Assembly: GCA_963709585.1 (NCBI GenBank)
Contig: CAVPXI010000015.1
Coordinates: forward strand, 183,122-247,121
Length of the DNA stretch: 64,000 nucleotides
DNA from: Candidatus Dormiibacterota bacterium
GTDB lineage: Bacteria > Chloroflexota > Dormibacteria > Aeolococcales > Aeolococcaceae
Reading direction: 5' to 3'
Made by a program: the position numbers and the translations under genes. The notes under the pieces are model-generated. The model had not been told where the DNA came from. It saw only the letters and a program-made list of their open reading frames with translations, and did no database searches. Of this stretch, positions 52,440-64,000 are shown one piece after another (position 1 is the first letter of the stretch; each line of letters begins with the position of its first letter).

Positions 52440-52760
52440 TCAAACGCCTTCGAAGAGGCCTTCTATCTTCTGCCCCGCGGCGAGAGTCACGATTGCCTTC
52501 TTCCAGTCGGGGCTTTGACCGATCACCCGCGTCTGCCCGCGCGAGCGGCGACGCTTCTTGCCGCGCACGTTGATGGTGTTGACGTCGATGACGGTGATCT
52601 TCTGGTCGACGAATGCCTCTTCGAGCGCACGCCGGATCTGGATCTTGGTGGCCGATGGATGGCAGCGGAACACGTAGCGTCCCGCCGCGATCGAGGCGTA
52701 CGACTTCTCGCTGATGACCGGCAGGACCAGGACCTGCTCGAAGCTGCGCTCCGAGGTCAT
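52440..52760 (-). CDS. rplW: 50S ribosomal protein L23
   Basis: [23 protein letters not shown]. Confidence 0.95.
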   Translation of the reverse strand: MTSERSFEQVLVLPVISEKSYASIAAGRYVFRCHPSATKIQIRRALEEAFVDQKITVIDVNTINVRGKKRRRSRGQTRVIGQSPDWKKAIVTLAAGQKIEGLFEGV

Positions 52761-53380
52761 GCGAACGCCTCCTCGATGTGCTCGATGGCGTCGCGGGTGA
52801 CGATCACCGTGTCCGCGCCGATGATGTCGCGCACCGACAGATTGCCGGCGAGCGTCAGCCGAACCTCGGGGATGTTGCGCGCGCTCTTCTCGAGCATCTC
52901 GTTGTGCGAGCCGAGCACGACGAGCACCCGGCGAGGGGCATCGACCGAGCGAATGAGCTCGGCGACCGCCCTGGTCCGCGGCGCCTCGAGCTCGAATCCC
53001 TCGAGGACGAGCAGGCCGCCGTCCTGCGCCTTCGCCGAGAGCGCACTGCGCAGTGCGAGCCGGCGCTGCTTGCGCGGCATGTCGATGCGGTACGAGCGCG
53101 GATGCGGGCCGAAGACGATGCCGCCACCGTCCCACTGCGGCGATCGTGTCGAACCCTGGCGGGCACGTCCGGTCCCCTTCTGGCGATAGGGTTTGCGCCC
53201 GCCGCCGCGCACGTCGCTGCGTGTCTTGGTCGACGCGGTGCCCTGACGTCCGTTGGCAAGCTGGCGGATCAGCGCCTGGTGCATCACCGGCTCGTTCGGC
53301 TCGATGCCGAAGATGGCATCGGGGAGTTCGACGCTTCCGGTCTCGACACCGGCCTGGTCGACGACACGCGCGGTGCTCAT
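52757..53380 (-). CDS. rplD: 50S ribosomal protein L4
   Basis: [23 protein letters not shown]. Confidence 0.97.
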   Translation of the reverse strand: MSTARVVDQAGVETGSVELPDAIFGIEPNEPVMHQALIRQLANGRQGTASTKTRSDVRGGGRKPYRQKGTGRARQGSTRSPQWDGGGIVFGPHPRSYRIDMPRKQRRLALRSALSAKAQDGGLLVLEGFELEAPRTRAVAELIRSVDAPRRVLVVLGSHNEMLEKSARNIPEVRLTLAGNLSVRDIIGADTVIVTRDAIEHIEEAFA

Positions 53381-54018
53381 GCCGGCTCTCCGATCGTCGC
53401 CGAGCGATCGCTGTCCCGGATCATGACGACCTGGTTCTTGTGTCCCGGAACCGACCCGTGCACGAGCAGGAGGTGGCGTTCGGTGTCGACGCGAATCACC
53501 TCCAGGTTCCGCACCGTGATCTGGGTCGCGCCGTGCTGGCCGGCCATCTTGAGGCCCTTGAACACGCGCGCGGCATCGGTGGAGCCGATCGAGCCCGCCT
53601 GCTTGATGTTGTGCGACCCGTGCGACACGGGGCCGCGGTGGAAGTTATGACGTTTGTGCTGTCCGGAGAACCCCTTGCCCTGGCTCACCCCGGTCACATC
53701 GATCCGCTGGCCGGCCGTGAACATGTCGACGCTGAGCCGGGTGCCCACCGCGACGTCGCCGGGGTCGCGCAACTCTTTCAGCCGCATCTGGGGCTGGAGT
53801 TCCGCGCGCTTGAAATGACCGCGCATCGGCTTGGAGGTACGCTTGACCGCCTTCTCGCCAAAGCCGAGTTGCACCGCCTCGTATCCATCGGAGCCGACGG
53901 TCTTGCGTTGCACAACACGGCACGTGTCCGCCTCGAGCACCGTGACCGGAACCGATGTCCCCTGCGGGGTAAAGATCTGGGTCATGCCCACCTTGCGGGC
54001 GAGGATCCCCTTGCTCAC
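53377..54018 (-). CDS. rplC: 50S ribosomal protein L3
   Basis: KVGMTQ, GY.AVQ, GKGF.G, SHGS, GSVPG. Confidence 0.97.
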   Translation of the reverse strand: MSKGILARKVGMTQIFTPQGTSVPVTVLEADTCRVVQRKTVGSDGYEAVQLGFGEKAVKRTSKPMRGHFKRAELQPQMRLKELRDPGDVAVGTRLSVDMFTAGQRIDVTGVSQGKGFSGQHKRHNFHRGPVSHGSHNIKQAGSIGSTDAARVFKGLKMAGQHGATQITVRNLEVIRVDTERHLLLVHGSVPGHKNQVVMIRDSDRSATIGEPA

Positions 54019-54320
54019 AGCTTGATCTCGATGTTGACGCCGCTCGGAAGGTTGAGGCGCATCAGCGCATCCACCACCTTGGGGTTGGCGTCGAGGATGT
54101 CGAGGATCCGCTTGTGGGTGCGCATTTCGAACTGCTCTCGCGAGTCCTTGTCGATGAACGGCGAGCGGATCACGGTGTACTTGTTGATGGAGGTGGGCAG
54201 TGGCACCGGTCCGGCGACACGTGTCCCCGTGCGCGTCGCCGTCTCCACGATCTTGGACGCGGCCTGGTCGAGGACGCGGTGATCGTATGCCTTGAGGCGA
54301 ATGCGGATCTTCTGGGGCAC
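54015..54320 (-). CDS. rpsJ: 30S ribosomal protein S10
   Basis: [27 protein letters not shown]. Confidence 0.98.
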   Translation of the reverse strand: MPQKIRIRLKAYDHRVLDQAASKIVETATRTGTRVAGPVPLPTSINKYTVIRSPFIDKDSREQFEMRTHKRILDILDANPKVVDALMRLNLPSGVNIEIKL

Positions 54321-54358
54321 GGTGTTCCTGCGGTTCCTCTGCTCTGCTTATCGAATGT

Positions 54359-55549
54359 CTATTTGTCGATCGATGTGACCGCGCCGGCACCCACGGTACG
54401 GCCGCCCTCGCGAATCGCGAAGCGCATGCCGTCCTCGACCGCGATCGGGGTGATCAGCTCGATGCCCATCTCGACGTTGTCCCCGGGCATGCACATCTCC
54501 TGGCCGTCCGGGAGCGCGATGGTACCGGTCACGTCGGTGGTCCTGATGTAGAACTGCGGACGGTACCCGGTGAAGAAGGGCGTGTGACGCCCACCCTCGT
54601 CCTTGCTCAGGACGTACACCTGGGCCTTGAACTTGGTGTGGGGTGTGATCGTTCCGGGCTTGGCGAGCACCTGACCGCGCTCGACGTCCTCGCGCTTGAT
54701 GCCCCGGAGCAGGCATCCGACGTTCATGCCCGCCTCGCCGGCGTCCAGGAGCTTGTGGAACATCTCGACTCCGGTCACCGTCGATTTGGCGGTGTCCTTG
54801 ATCCCGACGATCTCCACGGCCTCGTTGACCTTGACGATTCCGCGCTCGATGCGGCCGGTGACGACGGTCCCGCGACCTTCGATCGAGAAGACGTCTTCGA
54901 TCGGCATCATGAACGGCCGCTCGACCGGGCGGGTCGGCACCGGGATGTAGGTGTCGACGGCGTCCATGAGCTTGAGCACGCCGTCGACCGCGTCCTTGTC
55001 GCCCTCGAGTGCCTTGAGCGCCGATACGCGGACCACGGGGATGTCGTCACCCGGGAAGTCGTAGCGGCTCAGCAGCTCACGAACTTCCAGCTCGACGAGC
55101 TCGAGCAACTCCTCATCGTCGACCGCGTCGACCTTGTTGAGCGCGACCACGATGTACGGGACGCCGACCTGGCGCGCGAGCACGATGTGCTCCCGGGTCT
55201 GGGGCATCGGTCCATCCGTCGCCGCGACGACCAGGATGGCACCGTCCATCTGCGCGGCGCCGGTGATCATGTTCTTGATGTAGTCCGCGTGACCCGGGCA
55301 GTCGACGTGCGCGTAGTGGCGTGTCGCGGTCTCGTACTCGACGTGCGCAGTCGCGATCGTAATGCCGCGCGCCTTCTCTTCAGGAGCATTGTCGATCTTG
55401 TCGAACGCGACAAAAGCGTTATCGCCCCCGACGTTCTCCATGAGGACTTTGGTGATCGCGGCCGTGAGCGTGGTCTTGCCATGGTCGATGTGACCGATGG
55501 TTCCGACATTCACGTGCGGCTTGGTGCTCTGGTACTTCTTCTTGCCCAT
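54359..55549 (-). CDS. tuf: Elongation factor Tu
   Basis: [28 protein letters not shown]. Confidence 0.99.
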   Translation of the reverse strand: MGKKKYQSTKPHVNVGTIGHIDHGKTTLTAAITKVLMENVGGDNAFVAFDKIDNAPEEKARGITIATAHVEYETATRHYAHVDCPGHADYIKNMITGAAQMDGAILVVAATDGPMPQTREHIVLARQVGVPYIVVALNKVDAVDDEELLELVELEVRELLSRYDFPGDDIPVVRVSALKALEGDKDAVDGVLKLMDAVDTYIPVPTRPVERPFMMPIEDVFSIEGRGTVVTGRIERGIVKVNEAVEIVGIKDTAKSTVTGVEMFHKLLDAGEAGMNVGCLLRGIKREDVERGQVLAKPGTITPHTKFKAQVYVLSKDEGGRHTPFFTGYRPQFYIRTTDVTGTIALPDGQEMCMPGDNVEMGIELITPIAVEDGMRFAIREGGRTVGAGAVTSIDK

Positions 55550-55591
55550 TTCGTGCCTCTACTGAACTCCTGCTCTCTCCGGTTGTCTCAT

Positions 55592-57679
55592 TTACACCCT
55601 GGCCTTGGCGACGAGCTCTTCGGCAAGGCTCGCTGGAAGCTGCTGATAGTGATGAAATTCCATGCTGTAGTTGGCCCGGCCCTGGGTCATGCTGCGCAGG
55701 TCCGTCGAGTACCCGAACATCGCCGACAGCGGAACCTCGGCGTGAACGATATGCGAGGTCGCGCGACCTTCCATACCCAGGATCTGCCCGCGGCGGCCGG
55801 AGAGATCGCCCATCACGTCGCCCATGAACTCTTCCGGCATGAACACGTCGACGCGCATGATCGGCTCGAGGAGCACCGGCTTCGCCTTGCGGACGCCGTC
55901 CTTGAACCCCATCGACCCGGCGATCGAGAACGCCTGCTCGGACGAGTTGACGTCGTGGTACGAACCATCGACGAGGGTCACCTTCACGTCGACGACCGGA
56001 TAACCGGCAAGCACGCCGTTCGACAGCGAATCGGCGATACCGCGACCCGTCGGCGCGATGTACTCACGCGGGATCGTGCCACCGTGGATCTTGCTGACGA
56101 ACTCGAATCCCTTGCCGGGATTGGGCTCGATCTCGAGCTCGACGTGACCGTACTGCCCGTGGCCGCCGGACTGGCGCACAAAGCGACCGGTGCCGTGGGC
56201 TTTGGCGGTGACCGTCTCCCGGTAGGACACCTGGGGCTTGCCGACTGTTGCGTCGACCTTGAATTCGCGAAGCATTCGGTCGACGATGATCTCGAGGTGT
56301 AGCTCGCCCATCCCCGAGATGACCGTCTGTCCGGTCTCCTCGTCGGTGCGAACCCGGAAGGTCGGATCCTCCTCGGCGAGCTTCTGGAGCGCGATCCCCA
56401 TCTTGTCCTGCTCGGCCTTGGTCTTGGGTTCGACGGCGACCGAGATGACCGGCTCGGGGAAGGTGATCTGCTCGAGCACGATCGGGTACTTCTCGTCGCA
56501 GAGCGTGTCACCGGTGGTCGTCTTGCGCAGGCCGATCGCGGCCGCGATGTCGCCGGCGCGCACCTCCTCGATCTCCTCGCGATGGTTCGCATGCATCTGG
56601 AGCAGGCGGCCGACGCGCTCGCGCTCGCCCTTGGTGGCGTTGTAGACGTACGAGCCGCTGCGCAGCACGCCACTGTAGACACGGAAGAAGGTGAGCTTGC
56701 CGACGAAGGGATCGGTCGCGATCTTGAACGCGAGCGCCGCGAACGGCTCGCTGTCGCTGGCGTTGCGCACCGTGGCGGTCTCACCCTCGGCGGCCGCGCC
56801 CTCGACGGACGGACGGTCGAGCGGCGACGGAAGGAAGTCGACGACCGCGTCAAGCATCGGCTGGACGCCCTTGTTCTTGAGCGCGGAACCGCAGAGCACG
56901 GGGACCAGCCTGGTGCCGACGGTGCCGGCGCGAAGACCACGAATGATCTCGGCGGTGGTCAGGGTCTCGCCGTCCAGGTACTTGATCATCAGCTCGTCGT
57001 CGGATTCCGCGACCGCCTCGAGCAGATCGTGGCGGTATTGCGCGACCAGCTCGCGCATCGACTCCGGGATCTCCGAGCGCCTGAGGCTGGTGCCGAGGTC
57101 GTCCGTGTAGATGATCGCCTCCTCGGTGACCAGGTCGACCATCCCCCTGAACTCCGACTCCGCGCCGATGGGAAGCTGGACGGGCACGGCATGGGCGCCG
57201 AGACGGTCTTTGATGGACGTCACCGCGGCATAGAAGTTGGCTCCGATCCGGTCCATCTTGTTGATGAAGCAGATGCGCGGAACCTCGTAGCGGTCAGCCT
57301 GGCGCCACACCGTCTCCGACTGGGGCTCGACCCCCGCGACGGCGTCGAAGACGGCCACCGCGCCATCGAGCACCCGAAGGCTCCGCTCGACCTCGACGGT
57401 GAAGTCCACGTGCCCGGGCGTATCGATAATGTTGATACGGTGGCCGCGCCACTCGGCAGCCGTCGCCGCCGACGTGATGGTGATCCCGCGCTCCTGCTCC
57501 TGGACCATCCAGTCCATGGTCGCGGCGCCCTCGTGCACCTCTCCCATCTTGTGGATGCGCCCGGTGTAGAAGAGGACGCGCTCGGTCGTGGTGGTCTTGC
57601 CCGCGTCGATGTGGGCCATGATCCCGATGTTCCGGGTCTTCTCAAGGGGGAAGGCGCGCGCCGCCACTGCTACCGACAC
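55592..57679 (-). CDS. fusA: Elongation factor G
   Basis: [32 protein letters not shown]. Confidence 0.99.
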   Translation of the reverse strand: MSVAVAARAFPLEKTRNIGIMAHIDAGKTTTTERVLFYTGRIHKMGEVHEGAATMDWMVQEQERGITITSAATAAEWRGHRINIIDTPGHVDFTVEVERSLRVLDGAVAVFDAVAGVEPQSETVWRQADRYEVPRICFINKMDRIGANFYAAVTSIKDRLGAHAVPVQLPIGAESEFRGMVDLVTEEAIIYTDDLGTSLRRSEIPESMRELVAQYRHDLLEAVAESDDELMIKYLDGETLTTAEIIRGLRAGTVGTRLVPVLCGSALKNKGVQPMLDAVVDFLPSPLDRPSVEGAAAEGETATVRNASDSEPFAALAFKIATDPFVGKLTFFRVYSGVLRSGSYVYNATKGERERVGRLLQMHANHREEIEEVRAGDIAAAIGLRKTTTGDTLCDEKYPIVLEQITFPEPVISVAVEPKTKAEQDKMGIALQKLAEEDPTFRVRTDEETGQTVISGMGELHLEIIVDRMLREFKVDATVGKPQVSYRETVTAKAHGTGRFVRQSGGHGQYGHVELEIEPNPGKGFEFVSKIHGGTIPREYIAPTGRGIADSLSNGVLAGYPVVDVKVTLVDGSYHDVNSSEQAFSIAGSMGFKDGVRKAKPVLLEPIMRVDVFMPEEFMGDVMGDLSGRRGQILGMEGRATSHIVHAEVPLSAMFGYSTDLRSMTQGRANYSMEFHHYQQLPASLAEELVAKARV

Positions 57680-57680
57680 G

Positions 57681-58152
57681 TCAGTACCGGAAGTGCGAGA
57701 AGGCTTTGTTCGAACTCGGCCATCTTGTGGGTGTCTTCTTTGCGCTTGATCGAGGCGCCGACGCCGTTGGCCGCGTCCATCAGCTCGCCGGCGAGCTTCT
57801 CGGACATGCTCTTGCCGCCGCGGCCGCGCGCGTAGCGGATGATCCAGCGGCGCGCGAGCGCCTGGCGGCGGTCGTGACGGATCTCCACGGGCACCTGGTA
57901 CGTGGCGCCACCGACCCGCTTCGGCTTGACCTCGAGGATCGGCGTGACATTGCGGATGGCCTGGTCGAACACGTCGAGGGGCTCCTTGCGCGAGGAGCGC
58001 CGGATCTTCTCGAAGGAGTCGTAGACGATCTTCTCGGCAATGCTCTTCTTACCGGCGAGCATGATGCAGTTCACGAACTTCGCCAGTCCAACGCTCCCGT
58101 AGATCGGGTCGGGCAGGATGACGCGCTTCTGAACGCGGGCACGGCGTGGCAT
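57681..58152 (-). CDS. rpsG: 30S ribosomal protein S7; apparent 1-nt insertion at ~57713
   Basis: [10 protein letters not shown]. Removing one base restores [15 protein letters not shown] with TGA at 57681-57683. Confidence 0.96.
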
Positions 58153-58155
58153 CGC

Positions 58156-58536
<381 letters not shown>

Positions 58537-58616
58537 GACCGTCCGTTTAGTGAGAATTGCGCCCTGCCACGAAACAGAGCGCGCGAATACGAGGAAAGCT
58601 CGTGGAGCGAAGCGAA

Positions 58617-58646
58617 AGCCTACCAGAGGTTGAGTTCACACGTCAA
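58617..58646 (-). promoter_or_regulatory. Promoter of the str operon
   Basis: TTGACG-18-TAGGCT with extended TG. Confidence 0.65.
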
Positions 58647-58713
58647 ACCGCGGTGCCCCGGGGAAGGCCTGCTACGCTGTCGCTCTTCCAGAAAGACGAC
58701 ACGCCGTCGTCCG

Positions 58714-58850
58714 TTCGCCGGAGACCGCAGGTGTGGGGCCGCGTCCCGCTCAATGTCCTGCGCAGGTGGGCAAGGCTGCCGGAATGCGCCAATCGGCGCG
58801 CACCGCGGCCGTGATCCCGCCTTCGGCGGCGGCACGGCACCGACGGAGGC
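58714..58850 (+). ncRNA. L10 leader (rplJL autoregulatory element)
   Basis: CCGGAGACCGCAGGT...CTCAAT.TCCTGCGCAGG core directly upstream of rplJ; TGcTACGCT -10 at ~58670. Confidence 0.75.
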
Positions 58851-58854
58851 AGCA

Positions 58855-59409
58855 ATGGCACGAACCACCACCGACAAGCCCCAGGTGACCCGGGCGGGGT
58901 CGCGCAAGGTCGCGTCGGTGACCCAGTTGACCGAGATGCTCTCGCGCGCCACCTCGGCGGTGGTCACCGATTACCGCGGCCTGACCGTCCGGCAGCTCGA
59001 GGACCTGCGCGGGCGCCTCCGGGCCGAGGGCATCGATTACCTGGTCGTCAAGAACACGCTGGCCAGGCGTGCCGCCGTCGACGCCGGTGCTGCCGGCTTC
59101 GCCGATGTCCTGACCGGGCCCGTAGGCCTGGCGATCGGCTACGGCGATCTCTCCGCGCCCGCTCGCGTCCTGTTCGAGCACTTCCGCAGCACACGGACCC
59201 TGCCGCTGGTGGCCGGCCTCGCCGAGGGCCAGGTCCTCGACGGCGACGACGTGCGCACCCTGGCCGAGCTTCCCTCACGTGAGGTGCTGCTCAGCCGTCT
59301 CGCCGCGGCGTTGCTGGGACCGCTCTCGGCCCTCGCGGCGGCGCTCGATGCGCCCCTGGCCACGCTCGCGGCCACCATGGAGGCCTATCGCGACAAGCTC
59401 GCCGCCTAG
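58855..59409 (+). CDS. rplJ: 50S ribosomal protein L10
   Basis: GGAGG RBS, DYRGLTV, VVKNTL, LPSRE. Confidence 0.96.
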   Translation: MARTTTDKPQVTRAGSRKVASVTQLTEMLSRATSAVVTDYRGLTVRQLEDLRGRLRAEGIDYLVVKNTLARRAAVDAGAAGFADVLTGPVGLAIGYGDLSAPARVLFEHFRSTRTLPLVAGLAEGQVLDGDDVRTLAELPSREVLLSRLAAALLGPLSALAAALDAPLATLAATMEAYRDKLAA

Positions 59410-59459
59410 CCGCACCACCCGATCCGATTCAACCGTCACCCGATAATTAAGGAGACCCG

Positions 59460-59846
59460 ATGGCCACCAAGACACTCACCCCCGAGGAGTTCGTCGACGC
59501 GCTCGAGAGCTGGACCGTCCTCGACGTCGTCAACGCCGTGAAGCTCATGGAGGACAAGCTGGGCATCAAGGCCGCCGCCCCGGTCGCCGCCGCCGCCGCC
59601 CCTTCGGCCGCAGCCGACGCCCCTGTTGAGGAGCAGACCGAGTTCTCGGTCATCCTCACCCATCCCGGCGACGCCAAGATCAACGTGATCAAGGCCGTTC
59701 GTGAGATCACGGGGCTCGGCCTCAAGGAGGCGAAGGATCTCGTCGACGCGGCTCCGAAGGCGATCCGCGAAGCGGTCCCGCGGGGCGAGGCCGACAGTGC
59801 CAAGGCGAAACTTGAAGAGGCAGGCGCCAGCGTCGAGATCAAGTAG
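59460..59846 (+). CDS. rplL: 50S ribosomal protein L7/L12
   Basis: Ala hinge, [23 protein letters not shown]. Confidence 0.98.
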   Translation: MATKTLTPEEFVDALESWTVLDVVNAVKLMEDKLGIKAAAPVAAAAAPSAAADAPVEEQTEFSVILTHPGDAKINVIKAVREITGLGLKEAKDLVDAAPKAIREAVPRGEADSAKAKLEEAGASVEIK

Positions 59847-60074
59847 CTCGGTCACAGCTGTACCTGAGCGTGGCGATTCCGGCTCTCTCGAGCCGTAGGC
59901 TTCAAATCGGGCACGTCCGGGTAGAGTAGAAGTCCCGTTCAAGCCCGGATCAGAGCGCGTCAAGCACTCCAACGGGTGGCAAAGGCCGCTTTCCGCCGGT
60001 TTTTGCTACGATACGGGATTGTGCCCGTCGCCGCGCGTGCCCGCGCGCATTCCTTCTCGGGGGAACTTTAGCAT

Positions 60075-64000
<3,926 letters not shown>

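Noticed and set aside
9081-57720. Pseudogene or programmed-frameshift calls for E1-beta, GGDEF-EAL and rpsG
   Set aside because: The genes are otherwise intact, lack slippery sites, and each has a single extra base in the same GASTC motif.

Overview
High-GC (about 70%, by eye) bacterial core-genome window. Protein style and gene content suggest a Chloroflexota-related lineage such as Ca. Dormibacterota (inference only). Left to right: RND-type adaptor (partial), tRNA-Val(TAC), rpiA, orphan and secreted genes, lipB-lipA, pruA, a 2-oxoacid dehydrogenase operon (lpd-E1a-E1b-E2), ftsXE and prfB with its programmed +1 frameshift. An ~11 kb accessory block follows (IMPDH/GMPR-like, MDR oxidoreductase, DUF4386/TetR, cysteine hydrolase, large secreted repeat protein, GGDEF-EAL, phosphoesterase). 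Next come secA, comF, a sulfur-detox pair, a His-less DegS-like kinase and two glycosyltransferases. The str-S10-spc-alpha ribosomal supercluster (no infA) lies on the minus strand, divergent from rplJ-rplL-rpoB-rpoC. The strongest hidden signal is that every non-programmed frameshift I found and about 9 D>N or E>K changes at conserved residues (TruA catalytic Asp, SecA DEVD, EF-G, S9, RpoB) fall on one pentamer, GACTC/GAGTC. This is most likely a base-calling footprint of a host GASTC DNA modification. Other candidates: a LexA-boxed orphan gene, an MprA-like 11-bp repeat array ahead of two secreted proteins, frequent leaderless and bidirectional promoters, long bipartite tails on several ribosomal proteins, and a natural S12 K87R variant. 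No CRISPR array, integrase or transposase was seen.
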